From Clostridia bacterium (GTDB taxonomy: Bacteria; Bacillota; Clostridia; Christensenellales; Borkfalkiaceae), in NCBI GenBank assembly GCA_017466825.1, contig JAFTTJ010000006.1:33368-97367 (forward strand): a DNA stretch of 64,000 bases, given 5' to 3'. Below the pieces are notes generated by a model, which did no database searches, was not told the DNA's origin, and was given only the letters and a program-made list of their open reading frames with translations. Shown in pieces: positions 24,747 through 34,868 of the stretch. How positions within the stretch are numbered: position 1 is the first letter of the stretch; each line of letters opens with the position of its first letter. Position numbers and translations under genes: made by a program.

Positions 24747-27620
24747 TTAGTCGGGTAAAACGGTGGGGTCTAAAAGTTCGTCTTCATAGACGAAGAAAGA
24801 TTCCACACCCATCATATCGCTACTATACAAGTTGCCGTCTTTATCGACGGTAAGCCTAACCGTAAGCGCGGTAACGCTCAAAGTGATTTGATCGCCGTCG
24901 ACCGAGTAAGAGCAGTTTTCGTAAACGCTTTCGCCAATATAAAAGTCTGCAACGCCGTTGCCGTAGGAAACGATAGTAAACATTTTATAATCGTTAGCGC
25001 CGAAACATACGTAAGTTCCGTAAAGTTTTTCTTCTTCTACGGTAGCGTAATTTGAACGCACGAAACTAGCGGTATAGGTAATAATTTCTTCGTAATCGTT
25101 AAGCATAAACGCAACCGAAATGCTATCCGTAAACGGGTCGTAAGTTCCCGTATATTCAACTACGCCAGCGTATTCGGGGTGGGTTTTGTTATTGCCGTCG
25201 ATTTTGAGTTTAAAGGTAGTACCGCTAATCGACCACTCAAACGGGGTAAGGAAAGATCCGTACATATCAAAAGTACCTTTGCCCGCGCCTTTTTCGTAGT
25301 TGTAAAGTACGAAATTAGTCCAGTTGTAGGAGTCGTAAAATTTCTTTGGCTCGCTAAGGGTATGTACAACGCCGTCTTTATTAAAGGTGATAACCCTATT
25401 GCCGTAAATTGCGTTAATCGTGCCAAACTCTTCAAAAGTTATGTTGAGCATTGCGCCGTTTAAGGTATAGTCGCCGTATTCCTTTTTATATTCGTATTTG
25501 CTACCGCGCATAGACGAAGTGTCTTCGGCGCATTCTGCGATAGTATATACGGTAGCCCTATTGCACCCGTCAAGGTCAATATAAAAATCTCCGTCGCCGT
25601 AGTGTCCTACTTCAGCCCCGTCGGGGGAAGGTTTAACGAATTGCGCAAAGTCTTTAAAGCCGTCGGCGTTTATAAAAATTTCGTGGTAGGACTTGCCTGC
25701 GTTTTCGCCCGTTTGGCATTTGCCCGACGGTACGTAAATAACCGTTTTTGCCGAGTTTACCATAGAGAAGAAGTTTCTGTCAACGTCTTCAATCTTATTG
25801 TCGTAAAAACCTACTTCGGGGGGAGTGGTAGCCCTAAAATACATTCTTTCAAGGTTGTTTGCCATACCGAAAGAAAGGTAGCCCATATACTTAATAGTCG
25901 ACGGAATATCTATAATTTTAAGGTTAAAACTACTTAAAAACGCTCCGTCGCCTATCCTTTCAAGTCCTTCGGGGAAGTATAATCTTGAAAGATAGTTACC
26001 TACGAAAAAGCCCGCAAAAGCGTAATCGTCAATCTCTTTAAGCGTTGACGACATATATAAGTTTTTAACGCTCGTACAGTTGTAAAAAGCGTATTTACCT
26101 ATTTTGGTAAAGCCTTCGGGAAGGGTGATTTTTTGGATTTTAGCGCAGTTATAAAAAGCGAAGTCCGAAATTTCCTTAACGCCGTCGGGAACGGCTACGG
26201 TAGTAAAATCTTCGCCGTCGGCTTTTATATAACCGATAAGAATATCGTTTTCAATAATATAACCCGTCGTATTTTCGTATTCAATAGAGAATATTCCCGA
26301 AGCGTAATCACGCATGAAAAGGTCTTTGCGGTACTCTCTATACGGCGAAGTTTCGCCGTCGTCTGCAGGTACGAAAACGAGTAAATCACTATAATACAAA
26401 AGGTCGCCTTCTACCGCCGTGAAAATCGTTTCGCCTATATCGCAAGGGGTGGGACTTTCAAAATAAACTCTTTTAAGGTTGTTACAAGCGTAAAAGGCAA
26501 GGTCACCTATCGACTCGATATTTTCAGGGAAATAAATTGTTTCAAGTTGGGTAAAGCCGAAAGCGCCGTCGCCGATAGTCGTTAATTCTTCGCCGAAAAC
26601 AAAGTCCGCAACGGGGGTTTCCCAAAAGGCGTAATTGCCGATAGATACGAGATTGGCAAAATCTAAACCCGTAAAGCCCGAGCCAAAAAAGGCTCTGTCT
26701 AGTATAAACATAGCGTCTTCAATGCCCGTTACGTCCGCATTTTTACATCCTTCAAAGGCGTATTTTCCTATCGAGATTAGATTACTAGACTTTACGATTA
26801 TCTCTTCAAGGTAAAAACAGTTGTAAAAGGCGGCGTCAGGGATTAAATCGCCACACCCTACGGTAACTTTTTTAAGGGACTCGGGAATTACGTTATAAAG
26901 GTTAATCTTTATCGTTTCGCCCTCGTGCGTAAAGTCAAAACTTTCGGCGCTATAACGGTTTTTAGCGGGAGAAGTAACGCCAAACGTAAACGCAAAAAAC
27001 GAGTAAGCCGAAACGCTTTTAGTTTCACCGATAAAAGGAATATAGAGTTCGGTTAAAGCGCTATCAGCCGTGGTTACGCCGACTTCGCCGTTTTCAAAAT
27101 CTTTCAAAACGAGAACGTTTCCGAGCGCTCCGCAACCTAATTTTTCAAGCGAGTTGGGGAAAGATATTTTTTCAATCTTGGGGCAGTCGAAAAACGCGCC
27201 TTCGCCTACCGTTTTTAGCCCTTCGCTAAAATTGACTTTGGTTAAATCGTGGCAGTAGCCGAAAGAGTATTCGCCGATATCCGTTATTGAAGACGGGATA
27301 GTAACCGATTGTATTTTGCTTTCTTTAAATGCGTTTGAAGCAATTTCAGTAACGGGCTCGCCTTGGTATACGGACGGAATAACTACGTCGGTTTGGCTTC
27401 CGCTATAACTTATAACAACGCCGTTTTCAATAGTCAAGCCGTCTGCAATAGGGCTTTCGCTTTCGGGGTTGCTTTCCACAATCGACTCGCTTTCAGATTG
27501 GCTAGTTGAAATGAATTCCGAAGTTTGCCCGTCGCTTTGGCTAGTATCTTGTGGAACGCACGCTACGAAAAAACAAAATAATATAGCCGTAAATAAGAGT
27601 AATATAGTCTTTAATTTCAT
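24747..27620 (-). CDS. BspA-type leucine-rich-repeat surface lipoprotein (957 aa)
   Basis: Lipobox signal (LFCFFVAC), a Ser/Glu-rich linker, and many repeats of the type I.IP.S(V/I)..IG..AF..C..L. Confidence 0.75.
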   Translation of the reverse strand: MKLKTILLLFTAILFCFFVACVPQDTSQSDGQTSEFISTSQSESESIVESNPESESPIADGLTIENGVVISYSGSQTDVVIPSVYQGEPVTEIASNAFKESKIQSVTIPSSITDIGEYSFGYCHDLTKVNFSEGLKTVGEGAFFDCPKIEKISFPNSLEKLGCGALGNVLVLKDFENGEVGVTTADSALTELYIPFIGETKSVSAYSFFAFTFGVTSPAKNRYSAESFDFTHEGETIKINLYNVIPESLKKVTVGCGDLIPDAAFYNCFYLEEIIVKSSNLISIGKYAFEGCKNADVTGIEDAMFILDRAFFGSGFTGLDFANLVSIGNYAFWETPVADFVFGEELTTIGDGAFGFTQLETIYFPENIESIGDLAFYACNNLKRVYFESPTPCDIGETIFTAVEGDLLYYSDLLVFVPADDGETSPYREYRKDLFMRDYASGIFSIEYENTTGYIIENDILIGYIKADGEDFTTVAVPDGVKEISDFAFYNCAKIQKITLPEGFTKIGKYAFYNCTSVKNLYMSSTLKEIDDYAFAGFFVGNYLSRLYFPEGLERIGDGAFLSSFNLKIIDIPSTIKYMGYLSFGMANNLERMYFRATTPPEVGFYDNKIEDVDRNFFSMVNSAKTVIYVPSGKCQTGENAGKSYHEIFINADGFKDFAQFVKPSPDGAEVGHYGDGDFYIDLDGCNRATVYTIAECAEDTSSMRGSKYEYKKEYGDYTLNGAMLNITFEEFGTINAIYGNRVITFNKDGVVHTLSEPKKFYDSYNWTNFVLYNYEKGAGKGTFDMYGSFLTPFEWSISGTTFKLKIDGNNKTHPEYAGVVEYTGTYDPFTDSISVAFMLNDYEEIITYTASFVRSNYATVEEEKLYGTYVCFGANDYKMFTIVSYGNGVADFYIGESVYENCSYSVDGDQITLSVTALTVRLTVDKDGNLYSSDMMGVESFFVYEDELLDPTVLPD

Positions 27621-27681
27621 AATAATACCTATAAATAAACCGCAGAAAAAGTTTATTTCCTGCGGTTTAGCATTTCGTCAA

Positions 27682-29760
27682 TTAGTCGGCGTTTTTAGTA
27701 AGAGTAACCGCACCGCCCATAACGCCTGCTTGGCTTGAAAGAGAGCCGTCGTCAGTTAAGGTGAAAACGTAAGACATTTCGTAAGAGTCGGTCAAGGTTA
27801 AAACTCCGTCTTCAAAGGTAGCCGAAATAATACCTGCATCCGTTTCGTAGCCGAAAGAACGGTAGTTAAGGGTAACCGTGCCGTTTTCGGTAATTACCAT
27901 AGTGTAATCGGCGGTGCCGTAAGCAGATTCTTCAACGCCCGACCAAGTGCCTGCGATATCCGCAAAGGTAATTTCAACGGCGGGTTCGTCTGCTTGTAAA
28001 AGAGTAACCGCACCGCCCATAACGCCTGCTTGGCTTGAAAGAGCGCCGTCGTCAGTTAAGGTGAAAACGTAAGTCGTTTCGTAAGAGTCGGTCAAGGTTA
28101 AAACTCCGTCTTCAAAGGTAGCCGAAATAATACCTGCATCCGTTTCGTAGCCGTAATAAAGGTAGCTAAGGGTAACCGTGCCGTTTTCGGTAATTACCAT
28201 AGTGTAATCGGCGTTGCCGTAAGCAGATTCTTCAACGCCCGACCAAGTGCCTGCGATATCCGCAAAGGTAAGGTCAAAGTCAGGAGTTTCTTCTTGCTTG
28301 GTAAGAGTAAGTTTGCCCCTAAGAGCGCCAGATTCGGTAGTTAATTTACCGTCTTTAAAGGTAAAGACGTAAGCGTCAACGTAGTTGCCAGAAACGCAGT
28401 TTAAAGTAACGGTACTTCCGCTAACGACTACTTCTTGAATACCTAAATCAGAGAAGGTTTCGCCGTCGGTAGAATATTGTCCGATAGCCATGCCGTTTTC
28501 CATAAATATGATTGCGTGAACTGCGGTGTAAGAAACTCCGGAGTATTCTACCATTTCAAAACCAACCCAAGTACCGACGAGTTCTTCGTAAGTGACGTCA
28601 ACAGCAGGGGTGTCAACCTTTATTTTTAAGGTAACGGGGTCTTGCATAAAGCCTAATCCCACGAATTTTTCATTTGCGTACACGAGCGAAAATTCTACGC
28701 CGTAGCAAGAAAGAACGAGCCTATTAGAGAGCGCAACGAAGGTAAAATCGTATGCGTAGCCGTACATTTCGGCTTTGCCTATTACTGAGTCTTGAGTAAT
28801 TTCTACGGTGTAGTCCATCTTCACGCCTTGATAGTCGGAAGTGCCTACCCAAGTGCCGATAACTTCAGCGCGGTCAACGTTTTTTGCGGTAAGGGTTAAT
28901 TGTCCGCCGTTGGTTGCTTGAGCGCAAACGAGCGAGCCGTTTTCAAGAGTAAATACTATGCTCTTTGGAGAGCCGTAGTTGTCGTAAGTCATAACTAAAG
29001 TGTCTTCAACACCTTCAAACTTAACGTCTGCAAGCGGGATTTCATAACCTTGCATATTGCAGATTACTTCACCCGTGCCGTCGGCAAAAATAGCAACGTC
29101 GTAAATAGCCATTTCGTAGCCGTAAGCGCTTTCAACGCCCGTCCACGCGCCTACTACTGCGGAGTAGTCAAGGGGAATAACGACGTCGGGAGTGCTTTCG
29201 ATAACAGAATCGCTTTCGCTCTCACTTTCGCTTGCAGATTCCGATTCAGACTCACTTTCGATAACTGAGTCGCTTTCGCTCTCACTTTCGATAACCGAAT
29301 CACTTTCGCTTTCACTTTCGATAACTGAATCGCTTTCGGGTTCGCTTTCGATAACCGAATCACTTTCGGGTTCGCTTTCGATAACTGAATCGCTTTCAGG
29401 TTCGCTTTCGATAACTGAATCGCTTTCAGGTTCACTTTCGATTACCGAATCACTTTCAGACTCAATGGGCGTTTCTTCTATATTTTCTTCCCAAATAGCG
29501 GTTAAAGTAAGGTTTTCGGTAATGGGGGTTGCAAAATCGAATTCCGCATTGCCTAAATACCAAGCCACGAATTCGTAGCCGTCTTTAGTGGGAGCGGTGG
29601 GAATTTGCGCAGTTTCGCCGTCTAAAACCTTTTGGGCTTCAACGCGAGTTCCGCCGTCGGTGTTAAAACTAACGGTGTGTTTTGGGGTAACGGTCGTACA
29701 AGCCATCGCAAACGCTGCGATAAGGACGAGTACGAGTGTTGTAAGTAGTGATTTTTTCAT
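27682..29760 (-). CDS. repeat-rich surface lipoprotein (Listeria-Bacteroides repeat domain, SESDSVIE linker, ~100-aa beta-rich modules)
   Basis: Lipobox (AAFAMAC). An Flg_new-like domain (HTVSFNTDGG ... GYEFVAWY). Decapeptide repeats, then about six related ~100-aa modules, the last two nearly identical. Confidence 0.7.
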   Translation of the reverse strand: MKKSLLTTLVLVLIAAFAMACTTVTPKHTVSFNTDGGTRVEAQKVLDGETAQIPTAPTKDGYEFVAWYLGNAEFDFATPITENLTLTAIWEENIEETPIESESDSVIESEPESDSVIESEPESDSVIESEPESDSVIESEPESDSVIESESESDSVIESESESDSVIESESESESASESESESDSVIESTPDVVIPLDYSAVVGAWTGVESAYGYEMAIYDVAIFADGTGEVICNMQGYEIPLADVKFEGVEDTLVMTYDNYGSPKSIVFTLENGSLVCAQATNGGQLTLTAKNVDRAEVIGTWVGTSDYQGVKMDYTVEITQDSVIGKAEMYGYAYDFTFVALSNRLVLSCYGVEFSLVYANEKFVGLGFMQDPVTLKIKVDTPAVDVTYEELVGTWVGFEMVEYSGVSYTAVHAIIFMENGMAIGQYSTDGETFSDLGIQEVVVSGSTVTLNCVSGNYVDAYVFTFKDGKLTTESGALRGKLTLTKQEETPDFDLTFADIAGTWSGVEESAYGNADYTMVITENGTVTLSYLYYGYETDAGIISATFEDGVLTLTDSYETTYVFTLTDDGALSSQAGVMGGAVTLLQADEPAVEITFADIAGTWSGVEESAYGTADYTMVITENGTVTLNYRSFGYETDAGIISATFEDGVLTLTDSYEMSYVFTLTDDGSLSSQAGVMGGAVTLTKNAD
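27700..28299 (-). repeat. two tandem 300-bp coding repeats (near-identical)
   Basis: 27701-27970 aligns base-for-base with 28001-28270 apart from scattered substitutions, giving a period of exactly 300 bp. Confidence 0.9.
29195..29465 (-). repeat. 30-bp tandem coding repeat (~9 units) encoding (E/S)SE(P/S)ESDSVI
   Basis: Periodic CGATAAC(T/C)GA(A/G)TC(G/A)CTTTC(G/A)GGTTCGCTTT units lying in frame inside the lipoprotein gene. Confidence 0.9.
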
Positions 29761-29972
29761 TTCCTATCCACCTTTTTGGTTTTATTTTTACTTAAAAAGT
29801 AAATATACGAAATATTATAAAGTATACTACGTGCGCTTGTCAATAATATAATAGGGGGAATTGTAAAAAAATAGGCTAAATAGTCAAAAAAATAATAAAA
29901 AGCCGTTTATTTACACTTAAAGTATTGATAATAACGGTTTTTTGTGGTAAAATTAAAGTACTTTTTTAGCAG

Positions 29973-32900
29973 GTGAACGATTTGGAAAAAGAAGTTGTCT
30001 TTAGTCAAAATACGGAAGCGCTCGTCGAGTTAGATAGGGCAGAGCCTACCGCCGAAAATACGCAGTCAAGCGAAATTGAAAAGGATGGTTTTTTGCGTAA
30101 AGCCAAAAACTTTTTTAAGAGTTTTTACGGATATTTCGTAATACCGCTCTTTATCCTTTTAATTTTTGGCGTGGCGTACGTGTGCTATAATATTTGGCCC
30201 TTTGGCACGGCAATAGTGTCAAGTTACGATATGCTCGCTCAAATTTGCCCTATAATCGAGCATTTCTTTGACGTTTTTCAAGGTGAAAGCGGGCTTTTCC
30301 ATACCTTCCATCTAGGCGCGGGCATGGATATGTTCGGCATTTTGGCGTTTTGCGCGATAAGTCCGTTTACCCCATTGCTTTTGCTTGCTGGCGAGAGTGG
30401 ATCGCTCTATATGGTAAGCATAGTGTTGCCCCTTAAATACGTTTGCATAGCCCTTTCGGCGTTTATATTTTTAAGGAAGTATTTTAGTAAACTTCCGCAG
30501 TATATTCAGGTTGTTTTAGCCCTTTTATATGCGTATTCGGGCTATTCTTTCGTTGCGAACACCTATATTATTTGGATGGACTTGATGATTTATATGCCAC
30601 TCGTCGGCGCTGGAATTATCGAGTTTTCTAAAACGAAAAAAATAAGGCTACTCGTAATAGGGCTTGCGCTTTGTATTTATACTTGCTTTTCGATAGTTTG
30701 TTTTTCCTTTTTTACACTTTTCCCCGTGCTCGTTTGCTACGTGCTTATTTGTAAGGATAGGGGAGAGTGGAAGGAACTTTTATCAAAACTCGCCCTTGCT
30801 TTCGTGGTGGCGGTAGGGGTTAGTTTGCCCGTACTTATACCGTCTTTGCTCGCTTATTTGCAGGCAGGCAGAAACACGGGTATTTTTTCAAGCGTGTTTA
30901 AAATTTTAGACGCCGATAAAATAAACGTGCATATTTATGAAAAATTTTCTTACGTTTTGAGCGACGCAGGGCTTATCGCTCTTATGGTAACCTACTTTTT
31001 CCGCTCTAAAAAAGGGGATAAACTCTCGGTATTTTTACTAGTTGCACTCTTATTTTTACTAATTCCTTGTCTTGTCGACGAGAGCATGATGCTACTCAAT
31101 ATGGGCTCGTACAATAGTTACGCCCTAAGATTTGGCTTTTTGCTCAGTTTTTACCTGCTTTTCGTGTCGGCAAAAGCCGTTGAAGAGTATATTGAAGACG
31201 GCGCTGACGATTTTGAAGTAAACTCGACTAAGGCTAATATTGCCATGACTATCATCATGGTGCTTTCGGTCATCGCGATACTGTTTACCTTTGGGCTTTA
31301 TAGGTTTATTGAAGACGGCGGTTGGAAGGATAACCCCATAATAGAGCACTTTTTCGGCGAATATCACTCAGGGATAAAAATCTATCCTTTCCAATCTTTT
31401 TTCGCTGCCTTTGCCCATAGCGAAGGCGGACTTGAAGGCGTTTCGCTCTTATTCGTAGTCGTATCAATAGTATTCATTATATCGGCAATAGTAATTAAAC
31501 TAAAATTTGTAAAATTTAAGGACGTAATTTGCTTTTTATGTATACTTTGCCTTTCGCAAACGGTATTTTATAACTTTTCGCTCGTAAAGGGCGATCGTCA
31601 GTCGGGCAGTAAACAAAATTACGAATATTATTCTCAAATGATTGAAGACGTCGGCGACGACGAAATTTATAGGTTAAAGAGTTTTGATTACTACATTTCG
31701 TCCGACTCACCCATGATTTTAGGCAATTACGCGCATACCTTGTTTAGTTCAATGGCGGACGCTAAAAACATAACCGCGCCTAAATTCTTCGGCTACGGCG
31801 GTAGCCTTACCAACTCGACTAGGCCTAATCGCGGAACGGTATTTTCGGACGCCTTTTTGGGTTATAAATACACGGTTTTTTCCGCCGCGCACGCAAGTTC
31901 GGCTAAAACGGACTATTATACCGACGTCGGCGTGTCGGCTCATAAAACCCCGTCTATAAAAATTTCCTATACCATGAACGGCAAAACGAAGACCAAAATT
32001 TGGAAGGATATAGACGCAAACGCGCACGGCAAGGACAAGTGGACGAGCCTTAAAATAACGCTTGACGGCAGTACCTTCAAAGGCTATCTTGGCAACCAAC
32101 TTATAAGTTCGTTTAAAATGGTCAATTCTACCATAAAAGGGATTTCCGCCGTTACTCAAAAGGCAACGGGCTCGTTTAAAAACCTTTCCGTAAAAGACGA
32201 TAACGGAAACGAATTATCCGGCATTTGGCGCGCGTCGTCAACTTGCAAAATTGAAGACGGCGTTTACACAACGATTAAGGAAACGGACAAAATTACTTTT
32301 AGCGGAGATTTTTCCGCCGTTAAACAAATAAGCGCGGACGTTTCGTTTAGTCAAGGTTTTGCAAGCGACGACTTTATCGGCATAGCCGTAACCGTTTACG
32401 ATTCGGACGGCAAGGACGTCGTGTATAGAATAGTCGTCGAGCCCAACGTAAATTACTTATTGTATCAAAACGATTTAGCCTTCCCCTTGGCGGCGGTTGT
32501 AAAAAGCGGAGAGTTAAAATTCGACGTTGACAACAAAACGGAGGGCTATAAGGCGATTACCGCCATGTTAAACGACGGCGTGCCCATGTGGGGCGTAAGC
32601 GGAACGAGCGTTGAAAACGGCGCTATAAAGTACTTGCAACAAAAATTGACGGAGAGTAAAGTCGAGTATAGGTTAGAGAAAAACGCTATCGTAGCTGAGC
32701 CTTTTACGGCAGAAAAAGGTCAAATGCTATACCTAAACTACGTCAACTTAAAAGGCTATACCGCCTACGTAAACGGCGTTGAAAGAGAGTTAAAAGACAA
32801 CTCTTTAGACCTAATGTTAATTGATCTTGACGAAGGCGAAAACGTAGTCGAAATTAGGTATAAGTCCCCCTATGCGTCGTTTATCTTGGTAGGACTAGTA

Positions 32901-33095
32901 CTTGCAATCGCAATTTTTATCCTTGCTTGGCTAGCGTATAAGGTTAAACCTATCGTATTTGAAAAGGTTAGCGTAGTTTTGCCTTACGCCGTAGTTTTAC
33001 TCGCCTTGGCAGTAACTATTTTCTTCTTTATATTTCCGACAGGAGTGTATTTTAGTAAACTGTTTTCAAGTTATATAGGTTACGCTTTCGTATAA
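29973..33095 (+). CDS. YfhO-family polytopic membrane protein (putative glycosyltransferase) with large extracytoplasmic C-terminal region
   Basis: More than 12 TM segments with YfhO-like organisation. A soluble region of ~350 aa precedes the final TM segments. GTG start. Confidence 0.6.
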   Translation: MNDLEKEVVFSQNTEALVELDRAEPTAENTQSSEIEKDGFLRKAKNFFKSFYGYFVIPLFILLIFGVAYVCYNIWPFGTAIVSSYDMLAQICPIIEHFFDVFQGESGLFHTFHLGAGMDMFGILAFCAISPFTPLLLLAGESGSLYMVSIVLPLKYVCIALSAFIFLRKYFSKLPQYIQVVLALLYAYSGYSFVANTYIIWMDLMIYMPLVGAGIIEFSKTKKIRLLVIGLALCIYTCFSIVCFSFFTLFPVLVCYVLICKDRGEWKELLSKLALAFVVAVGVSLPVLIPSLLAYLQAGRNTGIFSSVFKILDADKINVHIYEKFSYVLSDAGLIALMVTYFFRSKKGDKLSVFLLVALLFLLIPCLVDESMMLLNMGSYNSYALRFGFLLSFYLLFVSAKAVEEYIEDGADDFEVNSTKANIAMTIIMVLSVIAILFTFGLYRFIEDGGWKDNPIIEHFFGEYHSGIKIYPFQSFFAAFAHSEGGLEGVSLLFVVVSIVFIISAIVIKLKFVKFKDVICFLCILCLSQTVFYNFSLVKGDRQSGSKQNYEYYSQMIEDVGDDEIYRLKSFDYYISSDSPMILGNYAHTLFSSMADAKNITAPKFFGYGGSLTNSTRPNRGTVFSDAFLGYKYTVFSAAHASSAKTDYYTDVGVSAHKTPSIKISYTMNGKTKTKIWKDIDANAHGKDKWTSLKITLDGSTFKGYLGNQLISSFKMVNSTIKGISAVTQKATGSFKNLSVKDDNGNELSGIWRASSTCKIEDGVYTTIKETDKITFSGDFSAVKQISADVSFSQGFASDDFIGIAVTVYDSDGKDVVYRIVVEPNVNYLLYQNDLAFPLAAVVKSGELKFDVDNKTEGYKAITAMLNDGVPMWGVSGTSVENGAIKYLQQKLTESKVEYRLEKNAIVAEPFTAEKGQMLYLNYVNLKGYTAYVNGVERELKDNSLDLMLIDLDEGENVVEIRYKSPYASFILVGLVLAIAIFILAWLAYKVKPIVFEKVSVVLPYAVVLLALAVTIFFFIFPTGVYFSKLFSSYIGYAFV

Positions 33096-33140
33096 AAGTT
33101 TAGTTAAAAACCCCCGCCTAAAAAGGCGGGGGTTAATTCG

Positions 33141-34001
33141 TTATTTTATTAAAGTCTTTTTGTATTCGGTTGGCGTCATGCCCGTAACGTGCTTGAACAC
33201 TCTTGAAAAATATCGTTGGTCGGCAAAGCCGAGACCGCTTGCAATTTGCGAAAAACTCTCACCGCGCTTTATAAGTTTTTTGGCGCGCTTTATTTTCAGT
33301 TCGTTAAAAACTTGAATAATAGATTTGCCTGTATGCTTTTTAAAAGTTGTTTTAACGTATGAAACTGAAAAGAAAAGTTCGTCTGCCACTTCTTCCAAAC
33401 TTACGTTTCGGTGAACGTTTTTAGTTAAATATTCGTAAATTTTACTTGCCGTTTTAGAGCCTTCGCCCTTGCCTGAAATCGGGTAATTTCCGTCGATAAT
33501 CGACTTATCGGCAGGTTTTACGCACTCAATAAGCAGTAATTCAAGGCAGTTTTTAACGGTGTGCTCGTCAACGGGGCTATAAAAAGGCGCAACTACGTCG
33601 GTGTTCTTTTGTGGAAAGATTTTACTTGAAGACCGCGCAAGTCTTTTAAGTAGCGGTAGTTTTAATCCGCTTGCAAAAAACACGTTGTCGAAAAGGTCTA
33701 GCGGTATTTTTGAAGCGATAGTAAACTTGCACACGAAAACTCTTGCCGTAAGCCCTTTTACAAAAAAACGGCAGGGGGTTGACGGTGGCAAAAAGGCGAA
33801 GCAACTTTCCTTTACGGCTAAAAGCGAGCCTTGGTGGTTAATTGAAAAGTTCCCACTTTCGGCAAATAAAAGGGTTATGAAAGGTCCGCTTTCAAAAACG
33901 TATTCCCCTTTGGCAAAGTTGTCGTAGCCCGAATAATATAAATTGTTTAGCGACAAGGCGTCTTTAATAACCCTTCCGCTTGCAGTAATATCGTTTAACA
34001 T
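33141..34001 (-). CDS. AraC-family transcriptional regulator
   Basis: C-terminal double HTH (VSLEEVADELFFSVSYVKTTFKKHTGKS ... IASGLGFADQRYFSRVFKHVTGMTPTEYK). The ATG at 34001 sits 6 nt after a TATAAT on the minus strand (TTGATT-17-TATAAT), so the mRNA is probably leaderless. The track start is at 34049. Confidence 0.75.
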   Translation of the reverse strand: MLNDITASGRVIKDALSLNNLYYSGYDNFAKGEYVFESGPFITLLFAESGNFSINHQGSLLAVKESCFAFLPPSTPCRFFVKGLTARVFVCKFTIASKIPLDLFDNVFFASGLKLPLLKRLARSSSKIFPQKNTDVVAPFYSPVDEHTVKNCLELLLIECVKPADKSIIDGNYPISGKGEGSKTASKIYEYLTKNVHRNVSLEEVADELFFSVSYVKTTFKKHTGKSIIQVFNELKIKRAKKLIKRGESFSQIASGLGFADQRYFSRVFKHVTGMTPTEYKKTLIK

Positions 34002-34106
34002 GCTTTTATTATATACTTTACGCTCAAAAAAATCAACAAAATACAGCAAAGATAAAAAGCCTATTAACTTGACAAAGATAAAAAATACTGTTAAAATATA
34101 GCCGTT

Positions 34107-34622
34107 ATGATAGCCTATTTAAAAAACAACAAAACAGGGCAACCCGCAAAATATCCCACCGTACTTGAGTATTCGCGAGTTGGCAATAGCCTTAGGTTTA
34201 AATTTACGTGTGAAGACTCTAAACTTTTTTCGGCTTATAGTGAAGATAACGAGCCTATCTACGACGGCGACGTGTGTGAAGTGTTTTTGAGTACGGGCGG
34301 TAAAATGAACGAGTATTACGAACTCGAAGTAGCCCCTAACGGCACGATATTTTTTGCTAAAATTATCAACGACAACGGCTTAAAAACGAGTTTTTTGCCA
34401 AAGAATTTTTCATCAAGCGTAACCCTTACGGATATTGGATACGAAGTGGAAATCGTAATACCTTTCGAGTCTGTTGCAATCGGCAAATACCCAGTGTATT
34501 TTAATGCGTTTAGGATAGAAACGCAAGGGGATGAAGAGCATAGACTAATGGCTCTTAACCCAACCCTGTGCGGAAATTTCCACCGCTACGACAAGTTTAT
34601 ACAGTTCGATTTAACCATTTAA
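34107..34622 (+). CDS. CBM9/DOMON-like carbohydrate-binding-fold protein (171 aa)
   Basis: YDGDVCEVFL ... YYELEVAPNG pattern resembles family-9 carbohydrate-binding modules. Weak, by-eye assignment. Confidence 0.4.
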   Translation: MIAYLKNNKTGQPAKYPTVLEYSRVGNSLRFKFTCEDSKLFSAYSEDNEPIYDGDVCEVFLSTGGKMNEYYELEVAPNGTIFFAKIINDNGLKTSFLPKNFSSSVTLTDIGYEVEIVIPFESVAIGKYPVYFNAFRIETQGDEEHRLMALNPTLCGNFHRYDKFIQFDLTI

Positions 34623-34868
34623 CAGTTAGCTCTATCATACGCTGTTAGAGTTTAATAGTTTTAGAATAAATATCCAAAAATTAGTCGTTTAATACTTTTC
34701 TTTTTATAGACTTTATTCGCTCCGCTTTTGGCGGAGCGTTTTTTATTAATTTGCCTTTTAAAAAGAGTCTTGCAAATGACAATATATATTATATGCCGTC
34801 AAAACTCGCTCTTTTTTGATTAAAAAAAGGATATATAATAAACCCTACTATCTCAAAAGGGGGGCAGT

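Noticed and set aside
25160-27258. Multiple short ORFs on both strands inside 24747-27620
   Set aside because: They are embedded in the long LRR lipoprotein ORF, have no RBSs and have implausible compositions.
29195-29465. Regular 30-bp repeats that could look like a CRISPR array
   Set aside because: The units are contiguous with no spacers. They lie in frame inside a long minus-strand ORF and encode a decapeptide repeat. No cas genes are nearby.
29050-29851. Plus-strand ORFs 29050-29268, 29192-29578 (SITESLS repeats) and 29588-29851
   Set aside because: They are antisense to the lipoprotein gene, and the repeat peptide simply reflects the 30-bp repeat read on the other strand.
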